From: a virus
Taxonomy: Duplodnaviria > Caudoviricetes
Length of the DNA: 46,854 bases
Virus record (IMG/VR): IMGVR_UViG_3300037467_002544
Span: 1 to 46,854 of that record
Strand: one strand, 5' to 3'
Shown: positions 18,756-26,316 of the stretch, piece after piece
Position numbering within the stretch: position 1 is the stretch's first letter
How the letters are laid out: every line of letters starts with the position of its first letter
Made by a program: the position numbers and the translations under genes
Notes under the pieces: generated by a model
Database searches by the model: none
What the model saw: the letters and a program-made list of their open reading frames with translations, nothing else
Told to the model about the DNA's origin: nothing

Positions 18756-19220
18756 TTAAAGCCTTTCGAGGATGCTGCGCGTGTTCTCTTCATAGCTTGG
18801 ATCGATCACATTCGTGCCTGAGGATGCACGTTGCGCAAAATCCTGATGAAAGGCATGCAATCGCACAACAATCTGATCGGGTTCGATGTTGTCGCGCATC
18901 GAATATACCCGTCTCAAATCGCGAAGCATCACGTTGATATTCATGAGTTCTGCTCCCCCAAACGGTTCATCGAAGAGGATGCGGAAGTAGAACTCAGGCT
19001 CGGCAGGTTTATTCGAAGGCTTGAGGCGGATACGCTCGATTTTAGTAAACCACCCGATCAATTCCTTGATCCAGTGATCGCGCGTTTTATCATCCGCAGC
19101 GACGGTCATAAGCTTCAACAGATGTTGGTTGATCGGTTCCTCAAGACCCGTGATGATGCTCTCGGCTTTGGGCCGATTGTAAGCCATCTCACACAGATCG
19201 ATAGCTTCTCGCATATCCAT
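18756..19220 (-). CDS. Hypothetical protein with capsid-targeting-like leader
   Basis: N-terminus MDMREAIDLCEMA resembles the other leader-bearing ORFs; HLLKL..HW.KE..W. Confidence 0.7.
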   Translation of the reverse strand: MDMREAIDLCEMAYNRPKAESIITGLEEPINQHLLKLMTVAADDKTRDHWIKELIGWFTKIERIRLKPSNKPAEPEFYFRILFDEPFGGAELMNINVMLRDLRRVYSMRDNIEPDQIVVRLHAFHQDFAQRASSGTNVIDPSYEENTRSILERL

Positions 19221-19279
19221 GACGCGCCCTTTCGAGGTGAGCTAATATATTCGTTAGCTGCTGAAGCACAAGGGCTCGG

Positions 19280-19654
19280 TTAATCGTCCTCGCTGAGTTT
19301 CCGCTTCTTCGACGCGGGAGCCGCGGGCTTCTCCACCTCGGGCTTGGCCACCTCGGGCTTGGCCTTGGTCTTGGCGACCTTCTCGTTCTCCAGAGCCGCT
19401 ACAGCCTCGGCCGGCGTCTGGAACACCTCGGTCGCCAGATCCTTCAGCGCAACCTGCCGGACCACGGTCGATTTCGGGTTCGCGCGGTGGTACTGGGTGG
19501 CGATGTCCTCCGCCTTCGTGACGATCTTGCCGCCAGGACCGACGATATCGCCGCGGGCGTTCATCTTAGCGTTGCCGAGCGCGATCTGCTCGGGGTTGTC
19601 GTTGATGTACTTGCTCATGTCAACCGTGAGGCCGCGAGCGGTGATGCATTTCAT
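19280..19654 (-). CDS. Hypothetical late protein
   Basis: TARG..VDM, ALGNAKMNARGDIVGPGGKIV; TAAATA at 19689-19694. Confidence 0.8.
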   Translation of the reverse strand: MKCITARGLTVDMSKYINDNPEQIALGNAKMNARGDIVGPGGKIVTKAEDIATQYHRANPKSTVVRQVALKDLATEVFQTPAEAVAALENEKVAKTKAKPEVAKPEVEKPAAPASKKRKLSEDD

Positions 19655-19741
19655 AGTCGTAGTTACCTTGTTTGAGGTTATCTACGACTATTTATCGTCA
19701 AGTTATGCTCGCCCTTGTCGTAGGGATGAGAATAGCCGCCC

Positions 19742-20923
19742 CTAGGCGGCCTTTCCGACGAACTCAGTGTTCATCTTCTCTTCGGACGGCTGCTTCATCG
19801 CAGTGCCGTCGCTCTTGATCACGTTGTGGAAGGTCAGCGGCCAGCGGAAGAACTTCGTGCCGTACGAGTTGACCACGTAGACGACCGAGTTCTTAATCGT
19901 GAACGCAGCGCTGTCCTTGAAGGTGAGACGCAGGGTACCTTCGAGACCGCTGAGCGAAACATCGTAGCCATTGATCTCAATCTTTTCGAAGTCACCCTTC
20001 GCCTCCAGGATGGAGTCGATCTTGGCGAGGTTCTTGTAGACGAAGGTGTCACGGATGTCGTCGCACACGTCCTGTGTGGCCTTCGCAATCACCGCCTCAT
20101 GGTCGGCAACGAGGCGCTCCTCACGAAAATCGAAGCCCGAATAGGTCGGCCGCTCGCCGTTCTCGACGATCTCGATCGCGGCGCGCAGGCCCGGCAGCAT
20201 GAGGCTGGAGCGGGTCTCGTTGAGCTTGGTGGCGCACTCGCGGATCTCCTGGCTCGCGGGACGCTTGTAGTCCGGGCAGAGCGCGCGAAGCTCGTTGGTG
20301 ATCTCGATGTAGCGTTTCACCCGCCTGCGGTTGTCCTCCAGGAGCGACGCATAGAGCCGATCATAGGCGTCCTGCGTGATCTGCATCAGAATGTCCCGGA
20401 CCTGGGCGATCGCGCGGGTCGACGCCTCCGGAGCCGTGTACTTGGCCTTCAGATCCTCGGGAGCCTTGGGCTGACGCTTCACAACCTTGTCCTTGAGCGT
20501 CTTGATACCCTCAGCGATCGGCTTGAACTCGGTCAGCACGGCAAGCATCGCCTGCGTGTAGGGGGTGTCGAGGCCGCTCTTCTCAAGCTTGGCGATGTAG
20601 TTGGTCGTCAGGTGGGGCTGAGGGCAGCCGGAGCCGATTAGATTTTCAAGCGCCTGCTCGGCCGCGGTCAGTGGCGCACCGTCGAACGTGAAAGAGCGGA
20701 TGTCGTGATTGTACTTCTTCCGGTCCTGCACCGCCACGCGCCACATCGTTTCAAACGCACGGTTGAGGTAGAATTTCACCATATCTTTGTAATGGACGTT
20801 GGCGATCTCACCGGCTTCCAGACCTTCAGAGAGGAGGCACAGGGCTTCTTCATGCTTCGCCCGGTACTCAACAGACCGTTCCGAGAGGACCGAGGTCAGG
20901 ATCGGGAAGTCGGTGAGCTTCAT
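19742..20923 (-). CDS. Hypothetical protein (393 aa)
   Basis: Start moved to ATG 20923 after GGAG SD and the repeated promoter. Confidence 0.8.
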   Translation of the reverse strand: MKLTDFPILTSVLSERSVEYRAKHEEALCLLSEGLEAGEIANVHYKDMVKFYLNRAFETMWRVAVQDRKKYNHDIRSFTFDGAPLTAAEQALENLIGSGCPQPHLTTNYIAKLEKSGLDTPYTQAMLAVLTEFKPIAEGIKTLKDKVVKRQPKAPEDLKAKYTAPEASTRAIAQVRDILMQITQDAYDRLYASLLEDNRRRVKRYIEITNELRALCPDYKRPASQEIRECATKLNETRSSLMLPGLRAAIEIVENGERPTYSGFDFREERLVADHEAVIAKATQDVCDDIRDTFVYKNLAKIDSILEAKGDFEKIEINGYDVSLSGLEGTLRLTFKDSAAFTIKNSVVYVVNSYGTKFFRWPLTFHNVIKSDGTAMKQPSEEKMNTEFVGKAA

Positions 20924-20955
20924 GGAAGGGCAACTCCGTGACCAGGAATGATTCA

Positions 20956-20990
20956 ACCCTACGGGCGGAGTCCGATCCGTCAAACGATTT
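20956..20990 (-). promoter_or_regulatory. Sigma70-type promoter, copy 1 of a 35-bp direct repeat
   Basis: AAATCGTTTGACG-N17-TAGGGT; 33/35 identical to 21240-21274. Confidence 0.75.
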
Positions 20991-21011
20991 TGCGCAGATT
21001 TTTTCGTCCGA

Positions 21012-21206
21012 TCAGCCTTTGTACCAATCGGTGTTGCCGCGTCCGAACATCTCGACGGCCTTCTGCCAGTGCTCGACAACGACCTCCGGCTCTTCCGAGT
21101 GCCGGGCCGAGCAGAACTCGATGAACTCCTCGTGGCCGAGGTCGCCATCATCCAGGGCTTCGGCAACAAGCCACGCGAATTCCTGGGTCGTGGTTGGTCG
21201 CGACAT
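21012..21206 (-). CDS. Small acidic hypothetical protein
   Basis: GGAGG SD; lies between the two promoter repeats. Confidence 0.7.
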   Translation of the reverse strand: MSRPTTTQEFAWLVAEALDDGDLGHEEFIEFCSARHSEEPEVVVEHWQKAVEMFGRGNTDWYKG

Positions 21207-21239
21207 TCCGCCTCCAAACGGTCGCTGCTCGATGGTCCG

Positions 21240-21274
21240 ACCCTACGGGTGGAGTCTGATCCGTCAAACGATTT
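21240..21274 (-). promoter_or_regulatory. Sigma70-type promoter, copy 2 of the direct repeat
   Basis: TTGACG-N17-TAGGGT. Confidence 0.75.
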
Positions 21275-21285
21275 CGCGTATAAGA

Positions 21286-21359
21286 TGGAACTGGCGTGCG
21301 GGCTCGAACCGCAATCCTCGGGTCCACAACCCGATGCTCTTCCTTTGAGCTACACCAGC
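21286..21359 (-). tRNA. tRNA-His(GUG), copy 2
   Basis: GCTGGTG/CGCCAGT acceptor; TCGGG-TTGTGGA-CCCGA anticodon arm; TTCGAGC T-loop; U73 and encoded CCA. Confidence 0.9.
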
Positions 21360-21387
21360 ACGAAATGCACTGCCTCGAATAGAATTT

Positions 21388-21463
21388 TGGTCCCAGCGGG
21401 TGGAATCAAACCACCTCTTCACGGTCCACAGCCATGCGTGCCAGATCATAACACTACACTGGG
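21388..21463 (-). tRNA. tRNA-His(GUG), copy 1
   Basis: CCCAGTG/CGCTGGG acceptor; CATGG-CTGTGGA-CCGTG anticodon arm; GGTGG-TTTGATT-CCACC T arm; A73 and encoded CCA. Confidence 0.85.
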
Positions 21464-21504
21464 AAAAATGAGAAACCCCGGGAAGCGATGCCTCACCGGG
21501 GTTC
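21464..21504 (-). terminator. Attenuator terminator directly upstream of tRNA-His
   Basis: GAACCCCGG...CCGGGGUUU stem followed by CUCAUUUUU. Confidence 0.8.
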
Positions 21505-21529
21505 AAGAAGTCGCCGACACACGCGCGCG

Positions 21530-21589
21530 TCAGACCTTGCCCGAACCCTCGGAGCAATGATGATGGATATGGTGCGAGTGCGTGAACAT
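21530..21589 (-). CDS. His-rich leader peptide MFTHSHHIHHHCSEGSGKV (HisL-like attenuator peptide)
   Basis: ATG TTC ACG CAC TCG CAC CAT ATC CAT CAT CAT TGC TCC GAG GGT TCG GGC AAG GTC TGA; 6 His among codons 4-11. Confidence 0.85.
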   Translation of the reverse strand: MFTHSHHIHHHCSEGSGKV

Positions 21590-21594
21590 GCTTT

Positions 21595-21626
21595 TATTTA
21601 TATCCTCTCAGCAGGGAAGGTGTCAA
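21595..21626 (-). promoter_or_regulatory. Composite promoter for the His leader/tRNA-His unit
   Basis: TTGACA-N18-TATAAATA, 5 nt before the leader ATG. Confidence 0.8.
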
Positions 21627-21651
21627 TTATTCTCCGGCGCAGTCGGAGTCG

Positions 21652-23823
21652 TCATGCCTCCATGGCATCATCATCATCCCACGAATCATCGTTGCCCCAC
21701 ATCACCTCGGCACGAAGCAACTCATCGTAGATCTGGATGATCGCTTTTTTCTCTTGAATGCTCAGCTTGTCTGACCAAGAATAACCGAGCAATCGACGAG
21801 AAAGCTGCCTTGCTTCATAGTGAGCACCGGCAACTTCAGAGCCAATATCGGTCCGATTACGACGAGCCCGAAAGCCACCAATCCTCCGGGCGCGATCTGT
21901 GCGATCAGACGTCAGCTTCTTCAGTTCGGCCGCTTCATCGATGTACTTGGCCTCGCGAGTCGTTTTCGGAGGACCGTCTGGCCAAAGATCCTTAGCCTTC
22001 TCGATGATGCTTGCATAAGACAGGACTGCGGCGTCGGGATACTTTTGTACATATGCATCGCGATACTCGGCTTCTTTTGTGCTGGCCTTCTTGGCCTCGT
22101 CATCCGAGAATGTCCCAGCCTGAATGTCGTCAACAATGAATTGCTTAACTTCGTCCCCCTGATCTCCGCTCTCGACTTCCTTATCATCGATCACGTCTCC
22201 ACGAATCTTCAGGGTCTGTTCGGAACCACCCTCGTTCGTGATCAACGTCTGAAACAGTGCGAGGCCAGCGTTGTCATCTGGAGTTATGTAATCGCCGTAG
22301 TTAACATTACCAAAACGGGTTGCGGTTCGCATGATCCGCTGAATGAACGCCGCCTTAGTGCGCACAGTTGAGAGATCGAGTGCAACCTTCAGATGAGAAA
22401 CATCAAGGCCAACACTGGCCATCTGCTTCACAATGAGAACATCAAAAGAACCCTTTCCGAACTCAGTGATGGTCTTTTCTGCGGCTTCTTCATCGGCCGA
22501 CGTCGCAATCCCGAAGCGAATTTCGGGAAAACGGTTTCTCAAGATGCCGGCAACACGATTGATGTGTTGAGCATCGTAATCCTCAAAATCAGAAACATCA
22601 TTGCCGACGAAAATCAGGCCCGAAATATGTTTCTGGTCGAAGTGTTGCTTCTTATATTGGATGTGCTCAACCAACAGACGGATGCCCTCCTCGATGCACT
22701 GATCAGTCCGCACAACCTGACCTAACGCGCGGCGCGCGTCAGTTTCGGAGTTGATATCGGAGAGATTCTGTCGCGTGCGATCTGAGGCCGTCACGGTGGG
22801 ATCGAAGCTGATGCGATTGATCCGACAAATCACACCTTCATCCCACGCCTCACGGTAGGTGCGCTGATAGTGAGGAGTAAGGATGACATCCTTTACCTGC
22901 TGCTTGTAAACGGTCACCTGCCGGAAACCCTCCTTGCCAGGAACGGGCCGTGTCACGGTGACCTGACTGTCCTTCGCATCGATCTCCTCAACATCGAAGC
23001 CGGGGATGAGCTTTCCATCCGCCCTATAGGGAGTGCCGGTCACGAGGATGATGTATGCGCCGGCCTGTTCGATCTTCTCGATCGTTGTGCCCCATGAGTT
23101 ATCGGACGAGTTCATATGGCTCTCGTCAATGTAAAATGCGGGGGGCTTGCCTGTTCTGCGGATCATCGCACGAACATACTTGACCATGTTGGCGCAGTTC
23201 ATGTTGACCCACTGGATCGTCGCAGCCATGAAGACTTTTGGAGCCTTCATCAAGCGTTCCTGACTTTGCGAGTTCAACCGGGCGGACTCAATATCGTTTT
23301 GAACATGATAGCGCGAGATCATTTGCTTAACGTCGGCGCGCCTTACCATCTGATTGTACAGAAAGGCGCTCGGGACCATCACGACAGAAGTCGAGACCAG
23401 ACCCTGATAATAAAGCTCGTATGCAGATAGGCGAATGACGTCACTCTTACCGTAGCGAGTAGGAAGGACAATGGCCGTCTTTTTTTCACCGTTACGAATG
23501 CGAGAAATGATACAATTGAGCGCGCCGCGCTGCCCAATGCGCATTCCCGAAACATCTGAGAACTTTGCTTCGTTACCTTCTTCGTAGATTTGCTTGTTGG
23601 TCATTATATCCGTTTCTTGCTTTTCGTATTTGTCTGATTTCTGTAAATTGCAAGCCGGGCACAGGGCTTGCATATTCTGAATTTTGGTTTCTTTCACAAT
23701 GCGATATGGAACAATGTGATCAGCGTGCCAGCCTTCTTCAAGTTCAGTTTGACAGATTGCGCATCTGCCATCTTGCTGTAACCACAACGCTGTTCGATCA
23801 CGCTTAGAAGTTAAACGCCTCAT
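21652..23823 (-). CDS. HNH endonuclease fused to SF2 helicase (restriction ResIII-like)
   Basis: CAIC..WHADHIVPY..NMQALC.ACN..K; LPTRYGKS, IDESH, TGTPYRAD, SVGLD, FIQRIMR. Confidence 0.85.
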   Translation of the reverse strand: MRRLTSKRDRTALWLQQDGRCAICQTELEEGWHADHIVPYRIVKETKIQNMQALCPACNLQKSDKYEKQETDIMTNKQIYEEGNEAKFSDVSGMRIGQRGALNCIISRIRNGEKKTAIVLPTRYGKSDVIRLSAYELYYQGLVSTSVVMVPSAFLYNQMVRRADVKQMISRYHVQNDIESARLNSQSQERLMKAPKVFMAATIQWVNMNCANMVKYVRAMIRRTGKPPAFYIDESHMNSSDNSWGTTIEKIEQAGAYIILVTGTPYRADGKLIPGFDVEEIDAKDSQVTVTRPVPGKEGFRQVTVYKQQVKDVILTPHYQRTYREAWDEGVICRINRISFDPTVTASDRTRQNLSDINSETDARRALGQVVRTDQCIEEGIRLLVEHIQYKKQHFDQKHISGLIFVGNDVSDFEDYDAQHINRVAGILRNRFPEIRFGIATSADEEAAEKTITEFGKGSFDVLIVKQMASVGLDVSHLKVALDLSTVRTKAAFIQRIMRTATRFGNVNYGDYITPDDNAGLALFQTLITNEGGSEQTLKIRGDVIDDKEVESGDQGDEVKQFIVDDIQAGTFSDDEAKKASTKEAEYRDAYVQKYPDAAVLSYASIIEKAKDLWPDGPPKTTREAKYIDEAAELKKLTSDRTDRARRIGGFRARRNRTDIGSEVAGAHYEARQLSRRLLGYSWSDKLSIQEKKAIIQIYDELLRAEVMWGNDDSWDDDDAMEA

Positions 23824-23921
23824 GCGTTACATATATTCTAGATGCGATTGGATTAGCAATATAAACAGAGAAGTCAGGTTGCTAGTTGAAACGAGGACAC
23901 AAGTGTTCTGAAGTACACAGA

Positions 23922-24017
23922 CTATCGTTCATCCACATCGTTTGGTGTGAGGAATGCGAGTACGATCCACAACACGAGTAGGCCGACTATGCCGAGTTCA
24001 GGGTGTTGAGCAAGCAT
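23922..24017 (-). CDS. 31-aa single-TM peptide
   Basis: MLAQHPELGIVGLLVLWIVLAFLTPNDVDER; AGGTG SD. Confidence 0.5.
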   Translation of the reverse strand: MLAQHPELGIVGLLVLWIVLAFLTPNDVDER

Positions 24018-24024
24018 GGTACAC

Positions 24025-24261
24025 CTATTGCTGGGGGATGATGGGTTGAAATGGAAACGGCGTGACAACGATCTGCGTGATTGGTGGAGCCCCCCACCAG
24101 CCCCAATTTCGCGTGTTACCGGCGACGATGAAGCCGCACGTCACGACGTTCAGCACGACATAGAGCGTCCTGAGAAACGCTGAGATATCAGCCTGCCGAT
24201 TTGTCAGCCCCTCAGGTTTGGCACCAAGGGTCTTGATCCAGATGTAGAGGAAATCAATCAT
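24025..24261 (-). CDS. Small phage membrane protein
   Basis: W.K.LG.K...AD..A.LRT..V...TCGFIVAG..RNW. Confidence 0.7.
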   Translation of the reverse strand: MIDFLYIWIKTLGAKPEGLTNRQADISAFLRTLYVVLNVVTCGFIVAGNTRNWGWWGAPPITQIVVTPFPFQPIIPQQ

Positions 24262-24482
24262 AGCTGTTTAAGTGCTTGTCGGGCTGCAATGATTTGGCGC
24301 ACGCGTTGCGTCGTATGGCCGAAATGATATCCGCCGCAGAATTTGCACGCGTACGTATGGAGGTCATCCCGGGTCTTCGTGCGGATCTTCATCCGGACCA
24401 TGGCGGATGCCGCTTCCTGATAGGTGTTGAAGCGGCGCTTCGAACCACAGGATTTGCGCCGCAATCGCCGCTTTGAGGCCAT
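24258..24482 (-). CDS. Small basic zinc-binding protein
   Basis: C..K.RF....A, Y.C.FC.GYH.GH. Confidence 0.75.
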   Translation of the reverse strand: MASKRRLRRKSCGSKRRFNTYQEAASAMVRMKIRTKTRDDLHTYACKFCGGYHFGHTTQRVRQIIAARQALKQL

Positions 24483-24489
24483 TGTCGAC

Positions 24490-24858
24490 TCAGGCGCGGC
24501 GCACACTATGGCCGGCTGTGACCGTGCCACCGACACGGCCGCAGTTCACGGAGTGCCCGGCCTTGACGGAGCCGCCGATGTTCTCACAGTTCACGCTCTG
24601 GCCGGCTGTAACGTTGCCCTTGACGTTCTTGCAGTTCAGGCCAAGGCCAGCCGTGGCCGATCCGCCAATGTCCTGCGCGGTCACGCTGCGATCACTTGTC
24701 AGGGTCTCGATCGTGCCTTCGAGCACACGAACCTCGATAATCCCCTTGTTCTGGGTCGCGTCGTGATTGATGTCGACGCCGTCGATGATGACCCGGTTGT
24801 CGCGGATCTGGATGCTGTTGCCAGTGAAAGTCTGGCCGTTGATCGTAAAACTAGACAT
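24490..24858 (-). CDS. Small beta-solenoid repeat protein
   Basis: About 15-aa repeats (V.G.VTAG.SVNC..). Confidence 0.7.
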   Translation of the reverse strand: MSSFTINGQTFTGNSIQIRDNRVIIDGVDINHDATQNKGIIEVRVLEGTIETLTSDRSVTAQDIGGSATAGLGLNCKNVKGNVTAGQSVNCENIGGSVKAGHSVNCGRVGGTVTAGHSVRRA

Positions 24859-24950
24859 GTTGGTTGAAATTGAGTGTCCGACGAGGTCGCCGGAGGAGCA
24901 TTTGGTTTGCCTCGCGCGCAGGCGATTAACGAGTGAAAGAATGAGGGCGA

Positions 24951-25301
24951 TCATAGCGGGTAAATCACAGAAGAAGGTTTAAAGCCGTTCTCAACAATGC
25001 TCTGGATCAGACGATCCCGTTTCATGCTCCCAGTCCGGTAGTACCAGTCGTAGGCCCAGTTCAGGAGGTCACGGCCCTCTGGGGTGACGATGATCTGGGG
25101 CTTCGTCAGGACATGGCCCTGAGCGAGCAGGTCGCGATCATGGTAGATCTCGACGTAGCCATGCCGATGCTCGGCCTCGATATCGAGGGCTAGGTGCTGG
25201 AAAAAGAAGATGCCCAGATGGGCAATCAGCCCACGGTTCTCCGTCGTGCGATAGATGATCCGTCGCGGACGATTGGCACCACCATGAACAACATACCGCA
25301 T
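24951..25301 (-). CDS. Hypothetical protein
   Basis: ORF downstream of tRNA-Thr. Confidence 0.6.
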   Translation of the reverse strand: MRYVVHGGANRPRRIIYRTTENRGLIAHLGIFFFQHLALDIEAEHRHGYVEIYHDRDLLAQGHVLTKPQIIVTPEGRDLLNWAYDWYYRTGSMKRDRLIQSIVENGFKPSSVIYPL

Positions 25302-25322
25302 GAAAATGCCCGTGAATGAAAG

Positions 25323-25397
25323 TGGTGCCGTCGGTGAGGATCGAACTCACGGTCTCACCATTACCAATGGTGTGCTTTACCACTAAGCTACGACGGC
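25323..25397 (-). tRNA. tRNA-Thr(GGU)
   Basis: GCCGTCG/CGACGGC acceptor; CACCA-TTGGTAA-TGGTG; TTCGATC; encoded CCA; TTGCAC-N18-TATGTT promoter upstream. Confidence 0.95.
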
Positions 25398-25439
25398 AAT
25401 AACGCGAACATACGGGCTCACGACCCTTCGGTGCAATAT

Positions 25440-25550
25440 AAAAGTGGACGCGGCCGAAGCCGCGTCCAAAGTCTGGGGGCAAGCCATTGCCACCCATAAG
25501 GGGTATTGAATGGTATATCGAAAGGACCGGACGGAGGTTCACTCCGACGG
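25440..25550 (-). ncRNA. Candidate ~110-nt small RNA
   Basis: Bounded by TAAATA (25554-25559) and terminator TGGACGCGGC-TTCG-GCCGCGTCCA-CTTTT. Confidence 0.45.
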
Positions 25551-25617
25551 TTTTATTTATCGCCGGATCGTGGGGCGATCGCTATGGTGCGTGATATTTT
25601 GGACTTTTTGCCCAACC

Positions 25618-26289
25618 ATGTCATTGCGTGTCGTTCGTCCAACACCCCAACGGTTCCTCGATCCCAATCATCCCGACTACGTTCCCGGCCTGTCCTGGTA
25701 TACCCCTGGAGGTAAGTACCTGGATGCACACACGTATGAGGATCTGACCGGAAAATCATTCGCGAGTGCGATTGTCACCTACGCGGTGCGTTCGGCTCAG
25801 TTCGAGGTGGCCGACGAGGTCGCTGCGCCGCCCAGTCGGGAGATCGGTCCGATCGTGCGCGTCAACATCATTCGCAGGTCCGTCGGATGGGCCTGGGTGC
25901 AACTGGTGCCTCGGCGGGACGTGCTCTTCCGGGAAGCCAGCATGATAGCGGTCCAGCAACAGAATATTGTGCGGTTCCCAAAAGCTGGACACTATCATGG
26001 TCCCGGGATCGGCTGGCAGGACATTGGGGCGCATCGGTATAATCTCGATGAGGTTACCAGCCTCGTCTCGGTCGAGACCGGAGGGAAGCATTTCTATGCC
26101 ACTCGGGTGGTGTTCCGGAGTGGCCTCACCCTGACCAACAATCCAGCCTCCCGCAGTGAGCCCCGGTTGCGCCCGACCGCCCGGGGCGTGCTGTCATTCG
26201 GGAACAAGGTCGGGGAGATCTATCTCCGGGGCAAGAAACATCCCGTCTACGATATGATCACGGTCCAGCGGAAGCCCCCAACCGAATGA
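25618..26289 (+). CDS. Hypothetical protein
   Basis: Start moved to ATG 25618; C-terminal EPRLRPT..G...G..VG.I..RGK.HPVYD; terminator-like hairpin at about 26290-26310. Confidence 0.7.
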   Translation: MSLRVVRPTPQRFLDPNHPDYVPGLSWYTPGGKYLDAHTYEDLTGKSFASAIVTYAVRSAQFEVADEVAAPPSREIGPIVRVNIIRRSVGWAWVQLVPRRDVLFREASMIAVQQQNIVRFPKAGHYHGPGIGWQDIGAHRYNLDEVTSLVSVETGGKHFYATRVVFRSGLTLTNNPASRSEPRLRPTARGVLSFGNKVGEIYLRGKKHPVYDMITVQRKPPTE

Positions 26290-26316
26290 GGGCGGGATCT
26301 CTCCCGCCCCCGTCGA

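Noticed and set aside
21264-21557. 97-aa and 163-aa track ORFs across the tRNA-His locus
   Set aside because: They overlap two tRNAs and the attenuator, so they are spurious
25398-25560. Thr-rich leader/attenuator upstream of tRNA-Thr
   Set aside because: A terminator is present but there is no Thr-codon-rich micro-ORF, and the tRNA has its own promoter after the terminator
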